Notes under the pieces: generated by a model
Told to the model about the DNA's origin: nothing
The model's input: the letters and a program-made list of their open reading frames with translations, nothing else
Database searches by the model: none
From: Candidatus Latescibacterota bacterium
GTDB lineage: Bacteria; Latescibacterota; UBA2968; UBA8231
Reading direction: 5' to 3'
DNA length: 64,000 bases
Assembly: GCA_965221775.1 (NCBI GenBank)
Contig: CBDCSU010000006.1
Span: 160,001 to 224,000, forward strand
In this document: in pieces, positions 51,259 to 61,712 of the stretch
Layout of the letters: each line of letters starts with the position of its first letter
How positions within the stretch are numbered: position 1 is the stretch's first letter
Program-made: the position numbers and the translations under genes

Positions 51259-53721
51259 TCACATGGTGGACTGGGGGTCGACGACGACGCCCAGATCGAC
51301 ATCGCGGCGGCTGGCCTCACGGCGCATGGGGCCCAGGGCCGACGCCGCCGTGAGACGCAGTTGACGCCCGCCGGCGCCGGCGAGCAGGACCTGCCAGCGG
51401 TAGCGCCCCCGCAGGCGCGCCAGCGGCGCCGGCGCCGGTCCGAGGACGGCAACCCCCGCCGGACCGGCGCGCTGCAGCAATTGCGTCCCCCGCTCCGCCG
51501 CCCGGCTCACCGCCTCCTCCGATTCGCCGCGCCAGCGGAAGACGATGAGGCGCCCGAAGGGCGGGAACCCCGCCGCCTGCCGCTCGACGAGCTCGCCCTC
51601 GGCGAAGGCGTCGTAGTCCTGGCGCGCCGCGGCGAGCAGCACGGGGTCCTCGGGAAGACGGGTCTGGATGACCACCTCGCCTCGGTTCGAGCCTCGCCCG
51701 GAGCGTCCCGCCACCTGCGTGAGCAGCTGGAAGCTGCGCTCGGCGGCGCGGAAGTCCGGGAGGTGAAAGCCGGTGTCGGCGGAGATCACGCCGACGAGAG
51801 TCACCTCCGGGAAGTCGAGGCCCTTGGCCACCATCTGCGTACCGAGCAGCACGTCGGCCTCCCGCCGGCGGAATCTCTCGACCAGGCGGTCGTGGGCGCC
51901 TTTCCATCCCGTGGTGTCCACATCCATACGAATGACGCGGATCCCCGGGAACTGTTCCTCGAGGGCGGTCTCCACCTTCTGGGTCCCCGCGCCGGTCAGC
52001 CTGACCTCGGCACTGCCGCAGGACGGGCACTGGCCGGGTACGGGCGTGCGGTAGTCGCAGTAGTGGCAGCGCAGGCCCTCCCCCTGACGGCGGTGGTAGG
52101 TGAGGGAGACCTGGCACCGGCCGCAGGCGATCGCCTCGCCGCAGCTGGCGCACTGCACGACGGGTGAGAACCCGCGCCGGTTCTGGAGGAGCACGATCTG
52201 CTCGCCGCGCTCGAGGCGATCGCGGATCTTGAGGCGCAGGGTCTTGGAGAACAGGGTGCGCTGCCGTCCCTGGAAGGGCTCCCGCCTCATGTCGACCACC
52301 TCGACCCGCGCCAGGGGCCGGTCGTCGATCCGCCGCGGCAGGCTCAGGCAGGTGTACTTGCCGCTGCGCGCGTTGCACCACGACTCGAGGCTCGGCGTCG
52401 CCGACCCGAGGATGACGGGAACGCCGGCCAGGCGCGCCCTCACCACCGCCAGGTCGCGGCCATTGTAGACCAGCGGCTGGTGACTCTCCAGGTCGTCCTG
52501 GAAGTAGGAGCCGTCGTGCTCCTCGTCGACGACGATCAGCCCCAGCTTGTTCACCGGGGCCAGCACGGCGGAGCGGGCGCCGATGACGAGTCTCTGCTCG
52601 CCGCGCCGGAGCCGGCGCCAGGTGTCGTAGCGCTCCCCCGCCGACAACTGGCTGTGCAGGACCGCCACGGTCGCTCCGAAGCGGGCCCGGAAGCGGCGCA
52701 CCATCTGCCAGGCCAGGGCGATCTCGGGGGTGAGGACGATGGCGCTGCCGCCCGACCGCAGGACCCGCTCCACCGCCAGCTGGTAGACCAGGGTCTTGCC
52801 GCTGCCGGTGACCCCGCGCAGGAGAAGCGGCTCGAAGCGGCCCGCATCCAGGGCGGAGTGGATGCGCCGCAGGACCTCCTGCTGGTCGGCGGTGGGTTCC
52901 GGCGCCGGCGAATCCGCCGCCTCGAGAGCGGCGAGGGGGTCGCGCAGGACCTCCTGCTCCACGGTCTCGGTCAGCCCCCTCCCCTGCAGCCCCTTCAGGA
53001 CGGCGTAGCCGAATCCCTCCTCCAGGAGGCGGCGCTTGGGCATGGGGCCGGCCTGCAGCAGGTGGCGGAGGCAGCGCCCCTGGGCCGGGGCGCGCCGGGT
53101 CACCGCCGGCAGGTCGTCCCGGGCCCGGTCCGGGTCGGCCACGCGCACGAGCTGGCGCCGGCGGGCTCGAGCCGCTCCGCCCGCCAGGTCCGGCCGCATC
53201 TCGATCCGTCCGTGCTGAAGCAGCCGCCGGAGGGCGCCCTCCAGCCCGCGCTTGCCCAGACGGCTGCGCAGGGTGGTCACCTTCAGCGGACCACGGGCGC
53301 GCCTGAGCTCGGAGAGGACCCGGTCCTGCGCCGGGTCCGGGGCCGCCGGGCCGCCCTCCGCCTCCGTCAGCCGCACGGTGCGGCTGGAGGTGAGGCGCAC
53401 CCCGGGGGGCAGGGCCGCCGCCAGGGCGGCGCCCACCGGCGCCATGTAGTAGTCCGCGAGCCAGGCGCACAGCCGCACCACCTCGGCGCTGATGGGAGCC
53501 TCCGTATCGACCACCTGGGTGATGTCGCGGATGCGGCCGGGCGCAACCCCCGGTTCGGCGGGACCGTCGGTGACGACGAAGCCGGTGACCAGGCGCTGCT
53601 GGACGGGTACGAGCACCACCGCCCCCGGCCCGACAAGGGCGCCGAGCTCCGGGGGAACGCTGTAGGTGAGTTGCCGGGACAGGGGAGGCGGCAGGGCGAC
53701 CTCCACGAGGCGCCTGCCCAT
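51259..53721 (-). CDS. priA: Primosomal protein N'
   Basis: GVTGSGKT, PEIAL, DEEHD, GSATPS, NRRGF, four CxxC zinc knuckles, GTQMVAKGLDFP, QVAGRSGR. Confidence 0.97.
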   Translation of the reverse strand: MGRRLVEVALPPPLSRQLTYSVPPELGALVGPGAVVLVPVQQRLVTGFVVTDGPAEPGVAPGRIRDITQVVDTEAPISAEVVRLCAWLADYYMAPVGAALAAALPPGVRLTSSRTVRLTEAEGGPAAPDPAQDRVLSELRRARGPLKVTTLRSRLGKRGLEGALRRLLQHGRIEMRPDLAGGAARARRRQLVRVADPDRARDDLPAVTRRAPAQGRCLRHLLQAGPMPKRRLLEEGFGYAVLKGLQGRGLTETVEQEVLRDPLAALEAADSPAPEPTADQQEVLRRIHSALDAGRFEPLLLRGVTGSGKTLVYQLAVERVLRSGGSAIVLTPEIALAWQMVRRFRARFGATVAVLHSQLSAGERYDTWRRLRRGEQRLVIGARSAVLAPVNKLGLIVVDEEHDGSYFQDDLESHQPLVYNGRDLAVVRARLAGVPVILGSATPSLESWCNARSGKYTCLSLPRRIDDRPLARVEVVDMRREPFQGRQRTLFSKTLRLKIRDRLERGEQIVLLQNRRGFSPVVQCASCGEAIACGRCQVSLTYHRRQGEGLRCHYCDYRTPVPGQCPSCGSAEVRLTGAGTQKVETALEEQFPGIRVIRMDVDTTGWKGAHDRLVERFRRREADVLLGTQMVAKGLDFPEVTLVGVISADTGFHLPDFRAAERSFQLLTQVAGRSGRGSNRGEVVIQTRLPEDPVLLAAARQDYDAFAEGELVERQAAGFPPFGRLIVFRWRGESEEAVSRAAERGTQLLQRAGPAGVAVLGPAPAPLARLRGRYRWQVLLAGAGGRQLRLTAASALGPMRREASRRDVDLGVVVDPQSTM

Positions 53722-54713
53722 CAGCGGGCCTCCGACTGGCTCGACTCCGTCCTCTCTGGCGGGAACCCGGTGAGCGGGCCGATGGGCTGGAAATCGGGGC
53801 CGAGGAGCTGGTACCCGTCGTCGGAGACGCGGAAACGCAGCGTCCGGTCGGGGTCGCCGAGGCGTCCCTCGCCCAGCAGCTGGCCCTGAAAGCGGAAGCG
53901 GATGTTACCGGAGCGGCCGGCGTGAACCCGGAAGTAGCGCTCCGCCGTCCAGGTTCGCCGCTCGCCGGCGGAGATGGTCTCCATGGCGCTGTCCACGTCG
54001 TCCCATGAGACCTGTACCCAGACGGTGTCGAAGGCCTCCGCCTCCAGCTCGATCCGGGCGGGGCTGGCCGCCTCGGCGATGGCGGCCTCGGTGCCGGGGC
54101 CCGCGGAGGTCCCCTCGGGCGGGCTCGCCCGGGCCAGCTCGGATCCGTCGCCGGACCCCTCGGGGCCGCTTTCGGGAGCTTCACCCGCCACCGGCTCGGA
54201 CAGGTCCCCGGGCTCGGCTTGCGCCGCAGCGCCGGACTCTACGGGTTCCGGGGACTCCGCGGCGGCGGGCTCTTCCCAAGGGGAGGAATCGCCCGAAGGG
54301 GGAAGCTCGTCGACCACCGGCACCGCCGGGGGCGCGGGGTCGGCCTCGCCGCCGGTCATCAGGTAGAGGAGGGCCGCAATGGCGACGACGGCGAGACCCG
54401 CCGCCCACTTGAACAGGCCGTCGCCGAGAACCGGTCCCCCCCAGGGAGGCGGCATACGCGCCCGCACCCTCTCCTTCGACCGCGGTCCCCCGAGGCCCTG
54501 CGCCAGGGCCTGGCCATCGAGCCCCAGGTAGGTGGCGTAATGGATGGCGCCCATGCGCATGTACACCGCCTCGACGGCCTCCAGGTCCCCGTCCTCGAGG
54601 GCCTGCAGGATCTTCACGCTGATGCCCGTACGCTGGTGAACCTGATCGAGGGACTCGCCGCGGCCTTCGCGGGCGCGGCGCAATTCCTCGGACAGGCTGA
54701 GTTCCTCGCTCAT
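53721..54713 (-). CDS. rodZ: RodZ-like HTH/TM/DUF4115 protein
   Basis: N-terminal XRE-type HTH (LRRAREGRG...LEDG...YATYLGLD), single TM, Pro/Glu linker, C-terminal VWVQV domain. Confidence 0.75.
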   Translation of the reverse strand: MSEELSLSEELRRAREGRGESLDQVHQRTGISVKILQALEDGDLEAVEAVYMRMGAIHYATYLGLDGQALAQGLGGPRSKERVRARMPPPWGGPVLGDGLFKWAAGLAVVAIAALLYLMTGGEADPAPPAVPVVDELPPSGDSSPWEEPAAAESPEPVESGAAAQAEPGDLSEPVAGEAPESGPEGSGDGSELARASPPEGTSAGPGTEAAIAEAASPARIELEAEAFDTVWVQVSWDDVDSAMETISAGERRTWTAERYFRVHAGRSGNIRFRFQGQLLGEGRLGDPDRTLRFRVSDDGYQLLGPDFQPIGPLTGFPPERTESSQSEAR

Positions 54714-55324
54714 CCTGAATCCTGGATCGAATCGATGTCGTACCCCGCCGACCGGAGGAGAGAGCAGAGCCGGGCCAAGGGCAGACCTACGACATTATAG
54801 TAACACCCCTCCACACGTTCAACGAAGCGGGCGCCCAGACCCTGAATGGCATAGCTGCCGGCCTTGTCGAGGGGTTCTCCCGTCGCCACGTACGAGGTGA
54901 CGGCGGCTTCCGACATGGCGCACAGGGTCACCCGGGAGGTCTCGCAGGCGGTGGCGACCCGGTCGGGCGCAGGACCGAGCACGGCCACTCCGGTGCACAC
55001 GGCGTGCTGGCGTCCGGCGAGCCAGCGCAAGGTGCGCGCCGCCTCCTCCGGGCCTACGGGCTTGCCCAGGATCCTGTCCTGGCAGCAGACCACGGTGTCC
55101 GCCCCGATGACCAGGGTCGAGCCCCCGGGGTCACCGAACGTCCCCTCGGTCCGGGCGAGGAGAGCGGCCACCGCCCGCGCCTTGGCGGTGGCCGACCGGA
55201 TCACGAAGGCCTCCCGGTCGCCGCCGTCGGGCTCGGGCTCCTCGACGGGGCTCACCACCTGCCGGAAGGGGATGCGCAGCTGCCGGAGCAGGCCGGCGCG
55301 CCTCGGCGAGGCCGAAGCCAGCAC
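54710..55324 (-). CDS. maf: Maf family nucleoside triphosphate pyrophosphatase
   Basis: LASASPRR, IGADTVV, ILGKP, EPLDKAGSYAIQG, YNVVGLP. The true start may be a few codons upstream. Confidence 0.93.
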   Translation of the reverse strand: MLASASPRRAGLLRQLRIPFRQVVSPVEEPEPDGGDREAFVIRSATAKARAVAALLARTEGTFGDPGGSTLVIGADTVVCCQDRILGKPVGPEEAARTLRWLAGRQHAVCTGVAVLGPAPDRVATACETSRVTLCAMSEAAVTSYVATGEPLDKAGSYAIQGLGARFVERVEGCYYNVVGLPLARLCSLLRSAGYDIDSIQDSG

Positions 55325-55346
55325 GATGGCAGGATTGGCCAGGGGC

Positions 55347-55805
55347 TCAGCCTCCCTCCCGGCGCGGACTCTCGACGAGGACGGTGACGGGCCCGTCGTT
55401 GGCCAGCTCGACGTCCATGTGGGCGCCGAAACGCCCGCACTCCACGTGCAGCCCGTGCTCCGCCCGCAGGCGCTCCACGAAGGCCTCGAAGAGGCCCTCC
55501 GCCGTCTCCGGGGGGGCGGCTTCGGAGAAGCTCGGACGGCGGCCGCGCCGGCAGTCGGCGTAGAGGGTGAACTGGGAGACGGCCAGGATCCCTCCTTCCG
55601 CCTCCAGGACGGAGCGGTTGAAGCGCCCGCCGGCGTCGGGAAAGATGCGCAGGCCGGCGCACTTGTCGGCGCAGAAGCGGACCTCCTCGGCGCCGTCGTC
55701 GCGGTGGACGCCGACGAGGGCCACCAGGCCCGGGCCGATGCGCCCGCAGACCTCCCCGTCCACGGCGACGCTCCCGTGGCGCACGCGCTGCAGGAGAACG
55801 CGCAC
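55347..55805 (-). CDS. dtd: D-aminoacyl-tRNA deacylase
   Basis: VRVLLQRV, LRIF, VSQFTLYAD, GRRPSF, FGAHMDVELANDGPVT. Confidence 0.95.
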   Translation of the reverse strand: MRVLLQRVRHGSVAVDGEVCGRIGPGLVALVGVHRDDGAEEVRFCADKCAGLRIFPDAGGRFNRSVLEAEGGILAVSQFTLYADCRRGRRPSFSEAAPPETAEGLFEAFVERLRAEHGLHVECGRFGAHMDVELANDGPVTVLVESPRREGG

Positions 55806-55807
55806 CT

Positions 55808-58210
55808 TCAGAACCTCCGGCGCCGGCGGTCGCCGCGCTCGAAGCGGATCTGGGGGATGTCCTTGAGCTGCGCCTTGAAGTAGAAGGCGCGGTCCTCGGC
55901 GAAGCGGCTCGGCTCGATGTTCAGGGTCGCGGTCCAGTCGTGGAAGGAGCGCTGCAGGGACAGAAGCTCGGCGGTGACCCGTCCGGCGTCGAACAAGGCG
56001 GTCCCCGGGGCCTTGAGATTGTAGTACACGGAATAGTCGAGGTGCCAGCCGCCGAAGAGACGGCCCCCGACGGAGGCCTGCAGCCGGGATCTCTCGAAGT
56101 CGGCGGCCCCCGCGCGGCGCTGGCGCGAGTAGTAGTGGCCGACCCGCAGCCGCCGGCCCGGCCCCCGGCGGATGTCCTGCTGCAGGCCGCTGTCGTAGCC
56201 GAACCCGCCGCCGGCGCGGTAGGCGCCGTAGGAGTCCTCCCCGTAGCTCGACCCGCGGCGCGAGGGACCGTAGGCTCTCCCCCGGTCCTCCTCCAGGCCG
56301 CCTCCCGGGCCGGCGGGGCTCGAGGCCAGGCGCAGGGAGGTGTCGACCTCGAACCGGCGCACCCGGGGCGGGATCAGCCTGTCCTCGTCGTCGTAGAACT
56401 CGGAGCGCAGGCTCAGCTTCGTCCTCAGGCGCCGGCCCGCCTCCAGGGTGAGGCGGGTGGCCAGGTCCGAGAGGGGCCGGCTGCGGCGGTCGAAGTCGTA
56501 GGAGGTGGACAGGTTCAGCTGCGCCAATCGGTGCTTCAGCTCCTCCTCCCCCTGCAGCAGCTTCACCAGGAACGTGTTGTTGAGCCGGAGGTTCAGCCGG
56601 CGGCTGGTGCGCCAGTCGCCGGCGCGCCCCCGGAAGCCGATGCCGCCGCTGTCGGCGCGGGTGGCGCTGATGGAGAGTCCGGCGTCGGGCTTGAGCACGT
56701 GCCGCAGCGCCGTCACCGGTCCCAGGGCCGGATGGAACAGTCCGTAGAGGGTCTGTGACAGGGCCGCCGAAGCTCGCAGCCGGTCGCTGCGCACGCCCTC
56801 GGCGTCGCCGGCGCGCAGGTCCGGGTCGAGCCAGCGGCTGCTCACCGCGCCATTGAGATTGAGCCAGTTCAACGGCCGTTGCTGCGAGGACAGGCCCAGG
56901 CTGGCCTCGCCGCGGGTGCGCTCGCTCCGCGACTCGGGGCTGTGCCGACGGGTGTGGCGCAGGCGCAGGCTGCCGTCGTAGAAGACGCGCGAGCCCCAGC
57001 CCCGCCGGTCGGTCCCCGCCGACGGGAAGAGGGCCCTGCGGTTCGATCGCAGGCTGATCTCGGGCAGCACGTCGTCGGACCTTCCCGAGTCCAGGTACTT
57101 CGTCCGGCCGGCGCCGGCGCTGAGGGACCATCCCGCCTTCCGCCAGCGCTTTTCGTAGCGGAGGTTGGAGCGCAGGGTCCGCTGCAGGCGGTCGCCGAGG
57201 CGGGTGGCGTTGTTGCGCAGGAAGTCCCGGTCGCTCACGAAGGTCCCCGTGGCGCGCAGACTCGACCCCGGGCCGAGGTCCTGGCGGTGGTTGCCGGACA
57301 GCCACCAGGACCAGCTCGTGCGGTCCCCCGACTGGAAGCTCTGCAGGCGGGTCTGCAGCCGGCCGTCGAAGTGGTAGCGCCAGGCGTAGGCCAGGGCCCC
57401 CCGGGCGAGCCACCCCGAGCGCTGGCGCAGGTCGGCGGCGACCGTCAGGTCCCAGTAGTCGCTGGGGGCGAGGTAGTATCCCAGGTCCCGCACCTCCCAC
57501 TCGGTGAGGGAGCTGCCGTACGAGACCGGCCGCCGGCCGAAGCCCGGGGTGAGAACCCCCGACTGGCGGTCCTCGCGCAGGGAGAACACGTAGAAGGGCA
57601 CCCAGAACAACCGCCGCCCGGCGACGCGGAAGTAGACCGGGCGGGCGATGGCCATGTCCCCCACCAGGACCTTGATCCGGGGGCTGTAGAAGTCGAAGTG
57701 GGGGTGCTCCTCGTCGCAGGTCGTGTACGATCCCGAGCCGACGTGGAACTCCTCCTCGGTGCGGGTGCGGATGCGCCGGCCGGCGTAGAAGCCGTCGCCG
57801 TGACCGATGCGGCCCTGGCGGATCAGGCCCTCCCCCGACTCGATGTCGTAGACGATGGACTCCCCCTTCAGCACGTCGTCCCCCCGGGTCAGGGTGGGCA
57901 TCCCGAAGGGCTGGCCGCTGCTGTCCACGCCGGCCCGGGCGACGACGATGCGGCGGTCTCTCAGGTAGACCATCTGCGCCGACTCCAGCCGGGCGCCGCC
58001 ATGCTCGATCACGGCGTTGCCGTCGAGGAGGATCGAGTCCTGCTCGGCGTAGTCGACGTAGCGGTCGGCCCGGTAGGCGAAGCCGCTGTCCGGCGCCGCC
58101 CGCAGCAGCTCCCGGAGGCGGTCCAGCTCCTCGTCGGGCTCCCCGGCGGCGGCGGCCCCGGCGGCGAAGAGGGCGATCACCGGGGAGAGGAGTCGGCCGC
58201 GGGCGTTCAA
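55808..58210 (-). CDS. lptD: Putative LPS assembly outer-membrane protein LptD (Bacteroidota-type)
   Basis: OstA-like N-terminus, YTTCD..HPHF, RQSGVLTPGFG, GYYLAPSDYWDL, amphipathic beta-strand C-terminal region. Confidence 0.82.
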   Translation of the reverse strand: MNARGRLLSPVIALFAAGAAAAGEPDEELDRLRELLRAAPDSGFAYRADRYVDYAEQDSILLDGNAVIEHGGARLESAQMVYLRDRRIVVARAGVDSSGQPFGMPTLTRGDDVLKGESIVYDIESGEGLIRQGRIGHGDGFYAGRRIRTRTEEEFHVGSGSYTTCDEEHPHFDFYSPRIKVLVGDMAIARPVYFRVAGRRLFWVPFYVFSLREDRQSGVLTPGFGRRPVSYGSSLTEWEVRDLGYYLAPSDYWDLTVAADLRQRSGWLARGALAYAWRYHFDGRLQTRLQSFQSGDRTSWSWWLSGNHRQDLGPGSSLRATGTFVSDRDFLRNNATRLGDRLQRTLRSNLRYEKRWRKAGWSLSAGAGRTKYLDSGRSDDVLPEISLRSNRRALFPSAGTDRRGWGSRVFYDGSLRLRHTRRHSPESRSERTRGEASLGLSSQQRPLNWLNLNGAVSSRWLDPDLRAGDAEGVRSDRLRASAALSQTLYGLFHPALGPVTALRHVLKPDAGLSISATRADSGGIGFRGRAGDWRTSRRLNLRLNNTFLVKLLQGEEELKHRLAQLNLSTSYDFDRRSRPLSDLATRLTLEAGRRLRTKLSLRSEFYDDEDRLIPPRVRRFEVDTSLRLASSPAGPGGGLEEDRGRAYGPSRRGSSYGEDSYGAYRAGGGFGYDSGLQQDIRRGPGRRLRVGHYYSRQRRAGAADFERSRLQASVGGRLFGGWHLDYSVYYNLKAPGTALFDAGRVTAELLSLQRSFHDWTATLNIEPSRFAEDRAFYFKAQLKDIPQIRFERGDRRRRRF

Positions 58211-58959
58211 GGGCTGGCGCCGCGGCGCTGGCGGAAGACCTCGTAGAGGGCGATGCCGGCGGCGACGGAGGCGTTCATCGAGGCGGCCTGCTCGCGGCCC
58301 ATGGGGATGCGGGCGACGAAGTCGCAGCTCTGGCGGACCAGGGGCCGCAGGCCGCGCCCCTCGGCGCCGACGACGAGGGCCCCGGGGCCGGTGAAGTCGA
58401 GGGAGTCGAAGGAGCGGTCGCCGGCGGCGTCGAGACCGGTGACCCACAGGCCGGCCCCGCGGGCCCGGGTGAGGGCCTGCCGCAGGTTGGCCACCCGGCA
58501 GAGGGGGAGCTGCTCGGCGGCCCCGGCGGCGGCCTTGGCGGCCGCGGGCGTCAGGCCGGCGCTGCCCCGGCGGGGGACGACGGCGGCGTCGGCCCCCAGG
58601 GCGTGGGCGGTGCGCAGGATGGCCCCGAGGTTGTGCGGGTCCTGGATGCCGTCGAGGAAGACCAGGAAGCCGGACTCCCGGGTCCCGGACAGAACCTGCC
58701 CGAAGTCGGCGTAGGAGCGGGCCGCGAGCAGGGCCACGACTCCCTGGTGATTCCCGTCCCCGGCGGCCCGGTCGAGAGCCGGGCGGTCGCGCAGGTCGAC
58801 GGGCACGCCGAGCTGGCGCGCCCGGCGGCGGATCTCGTCGACCACGTCGCCGCGGCCGCCGCGCACCAGCAGCAGGCGGTGGACCGGGCGCTCGGACTGC
58901 AGCGCCGCGAGGACGGGCCGCCGGCCGAAGAGGACGTCGCCGCCGCCGGGACGGCTCAA
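58207..58959 (-). CDS. rlmB: 23S rRNA Gm2251 2'-O-methyltransferase
   Basis: NHQGVVA, LDGIQDPHNLGAILRTA, VVGAEGRGL, IPM...SMNASVAAGIALYE. Confidence 0.93.
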   Translation of the reverse strand: MSRPGGGDVLFGRRPVLAALQSERPVHRLLLVRGGRGDVVDEIRRRARQLGVPVDLRDRPALDRAAGDGNHQGVVALLAARSYADFGQVLSGTRESGFLVFLDGIQDPHNLGAILRTAHALGADAAVVPRRGSAGLTPAAAKAAAGAAEQLPLCRVANLRQALTRARGAGLWVTGLDAAGDRSFDSLDFTGPGALVVGAEGRGLRPLVRQSCDFVARIPMGREQAASMNASVAAGIALYEVFRQRRGASP

Positions 58960-58990
58960 GGCGTCGCAGGTCCGGCGGCGGCGGGCACGG

Positions 58991-61621
58991 TCAGGCCGGC
59001 TCCCCGGTATCGGCGTCGGCCTGCCGCCGCCACCGGCTCAGAAGCTCCAGGGCCTCCATCGGGGTGGTGCGGTCCAGGTCGAGGTCGCGCAGCTCCTGCA
59101 GCAGGCGCGAGGCCTCCGGCGGCGGGCCCTGGCCGAAGAGGTCCATCTGCGAGGTGTCGACGGCCCGCCGGCCGCTCCCGGCGGAAGCGCCGTCACCCTC
59201 CTCGAGGCCGGCCAGGATCTCCTCGGCGCGCAGCAGGACGGCGGCGGGCATGCCCGCCATGCGCGCCACGTGGATGCCGTAGCTGCGGTCGCAGGGGCCG
59301 GGGGCGAGGCGGTGCAGGAAGTGGACGCGGTCGCCCTCCTCGCGCACCTGGACGTTGACGTTGCGCACCCGGTCGAGGCGGTCCTCCAGCTGGGTGAGCT
59401 CGTGGTAGTGGGTGGCGAAGAGCGTTCGCGGGCGCGCCAGGCCGTTGTCGTGGAGGTACTCCACGACCGCCCAGGCGAGGCTGAGGCCGTCGTAGGTGCT
59501 GGTGCCGCGGCCGAGCTCGTCCATCAGGATCAGGCTGCGGGGACCGGCGTTGTTGAGGATCGTGGAGGCCTCGTTCATCTCGACCATGAAGGTGCTCTCG
59601 CCCCGGGCGAGGTCATCCGAAGCGCCGACGCGGGTGAAGACCCGGTCCACGACCCCGATGCGGGCGCCGCGGGCGGGGACGAAGGCGCCCATCTGGGCGA
59701 GGACGACGATGAGCCCCACCTGCCGGATGATCGTCGACTTGCCGGCCATGTTCGGCCCCGTCACCAGCAGGATCTGCTCGCCGTCGCAGTCCAGGCTCAC
59801 GTCGTTGGGCACGAAGCGGCCCTGGGGCAGCCGGCCCTCGACGACGGCGTGGCGGCCAGCCTCGATCTCGATGACGTGGCCGTCGTCGACGGTGGGGCGC
59901 ACGTAGTCCCCGGCCACGGCCGCCTCCGCCAGCCCGGCGAGGACGTCGACGGCGGCCACCGCGGCGCCGGCCTGCTGCACCTCGGCGGAGTAGCTCGCCG
60001 CCCGGTCGCGCAGATCGGCGAAGAGCTCGGCCTCGAGGGCGCCGATGCGCTCCTCCGCCTGCAGGACCCTGGCCTCCTGCTCCTTCAGCTCCGGGGTGAC
60101 GAAGCGCTCGGCGTTGGCCAGGGTCTGCTTGCGCGTGTAGTCCTCCGGCACGCGCTCGAGATTCGCCTTGCTCACCTCGATGTAGTACCCGAAGACCTGG
60201 TTGAAGCCGATCTTGAGGCTGTTGATCCCGGTGCGCCGGCGCTCCTGCGCCTGCAGCCGCGCGATCCACTCGCGCCCCCCGGAGGAGACGCGCCGCAGCT
60301 CGTCGAGGCCGGCGTCGTAGCCCTCGCGGATGACGCCGCCGTCGCCGACGACGGCGGGCGGGTCGTCGACCAGGCCCCTGCGCACGAGGGCGACGAGGGG
60401 CCCCAGGTCGGGCAGGTCGGGACCGCACAGGCGCCTCAGCAAGGCGGCGTCGAAGCCCCCGGCCACGGCGGCGATGTCCGGAAGGGCCTCGAGGGAGGCG
60501 GCCAGGCCCGAGAGGTCGCGGGGCGTGCCGCGGCGGCAGCACAGGCGGGCCATCATGCGCTCCACGTCGCCGACGCGCTCCAGTTGCTCGCGGAGGCGGG
60601 CGCGCTCGGGCCGGCCGGCGGCCAGGGCCTCCACGGCGTCGTGGCGGCGGCCGATCGCGGCGGGGTCGCGCAGGGGCGAGAGCAGCCACTGCCGAAGCAG
60701 GCGGGCCCCCATGGGCGTGCACGTGCGGTCGATGACGTTGAGCAGCGACCCCTCGCGGCCGCCGTCGTGCTGGTTGGCCACCAGCTCGAGGTTGCGCTGC
60801 GCGGCGGCGTCGAGGAGCAGGCAGCTCTCCCGGCGGCGCCGGCGCAGCCGCTGCACATGGGCCACGGTGGAACGCTGGTTCTCGCGCAGGTAGGCGACGG
60901 CGGCCCCCGCGGCGCGAAGGCCCAGGTCGAGGTCCTCGCAGTCGTACCCCTTCAGGGAGCGGACCCCGAGCTGCTCCAGCAGCGCCTCGCGGGCGGTGTG
61001 GTACTCGAAGCGCCAGTCCTCGATGCGGGTGACCGCGGCGCCGGGCAGGGCCCCCTTGAGGCGCTCGAGGTGCTGCCCGTCGAAGCCCTCGCCCACCACC
61101 AGCTCCGCCGGGGCCGAGCGTTCGACCTCGTCGTCCAGGTCGGAGGAGGCCACCTCCTCCACGGCGAAGTCGCCGGTGGACAGGTCGACCCAGGCGATGC
61201 CCGCCGCCGTCCCCCGGGCGCAGAGACTGGCCATGAAGTTGTTGCGCTGGCCGTCGAGCATGCTGTCGGAGAGGGCCGTCCCGGGGGAGACGATCTCCAC
61301 CACGTCGCGCTTGACCAGGCCCTTGGCCTTCTTCGGATCCTCCACCTGCTCGCAGATCGCCACCTTGCGCCCCATGCCGATGAGGCGGGCCACGTACCCC
61401 TCCATGGCGTGGTGGGGTACGCCGGCCAACGGAACGTCGCCGGAGGTCTTGCCGTGGTTGCGCGAGGTCAGGGTCAGGCCGAGGAGACGGGCCGCCTCGC
61501 GGGCGTCGTCGAAGAACATCTCGTAGAAGTCGCCCATGCGGAAGAACAGGATGGCGTCGTCGTGCTCGCGCTTGAAGCGCATGTACTGCTCCATCGCCGG
61601 CGACAGCTTGGACTCGGCCAT
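58991..61621 (-). CDS. mutS: DNA mismatch repair protein MutS
   Basis: FFRMGDFYEMF, TGPNMAGKST, RVGASDDLARGESTFMVEM, DELGRGTSTYDG, FATHYHEL, SYGIHVARMAG. Confidence 0.98.
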   Translation of the reverse strand: MAESKLSPAMEQYMRFKREHDDAILFFRMGDFYEMFFDDAREAARLLGLTLTSRNHGKTSGDVPLAGVPHHAMEGYVARLIGMGRKVAICEQVEDPKKAKGLVKRDVVEIVSPGTALSDSMLDGQRNNFMASLCARGTAAGIAWVDLSTGDFAVEEVASSDLDDEVERSAPAELVVGEGFDGQHLERLKGALPGAAVTRIEDWRFEYHTAREALLEQLGVRSLKGYDCEDLDLGLRAAGAAVAYLRENQRSTVAHVQRLRRRRRESCLLLDAAAQRNLELVANQHDGGREGSLLNVIDRTCTPMGARLLRQWLLSPLRDPAAIGRRHDAVEALAAGRPERARLREQLERVGDVERMMARLCCRRGTPRDLSGLAASLEALPDIAAVAGGFDAALLRRLCGPDLPDLGPLVALVRRGLVDDPPAVVGDGGVIREGYDAGLDELRRVSSGGREWIARLQAQERRRTGINSLKIGFNQVFGYYIEVSKANLERVPEDYTRKQTLANAERFVTPELKEQEARVLQAEERIGALEAELFADLRDRAASYSAEVQQAGAAVAAVDVLAGLAEAAVAGDYVRPTVDDGHVIEIEAGRHAVVEGRLPQGRFVPNDVSLDCDGEQILLVTGPNMAGKSTIIRQVGLIVVLAQMGAFVPARGARIGVVDRVFTRVGASDDLARGESTFMVEMNEASTILNNAGPRSLILMDELGRGTSTYDGLSLAWAVVEYLHDNGLARPRTLFATHYHELTQLEDRLDRVRNVNVQVREEGDRVHFLHRLAPGPCDRSYGIHVARMAGMPAAVLLRAEEILAGLEEGDGASAGSGRRAVDTSQMDLFGQGPPPEASRLLQELRDLDLDRTTPMEALELLSRWRRQADADTGEPA

Positions 61622-61652
61622 GGGCGCTAAGATAACCACCCCCCCGAACACG

Positions 61653-61689
61653 AAAAGAGCGCGGCCGGACCCGAAGACCGGCCGCGCTC
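61653..61689 (-). terminator. Intrinsic terminator downstream of rpsA
   Basis: GAGCGCGGCCGG-TCTTCGGGT-CCGGCCGCGCTC-TTTT on the minus strand. Confidence 0.75.
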
Positions 61690-61712
61690 CATCGATTCCG
61701 CAGTGCCGGGGC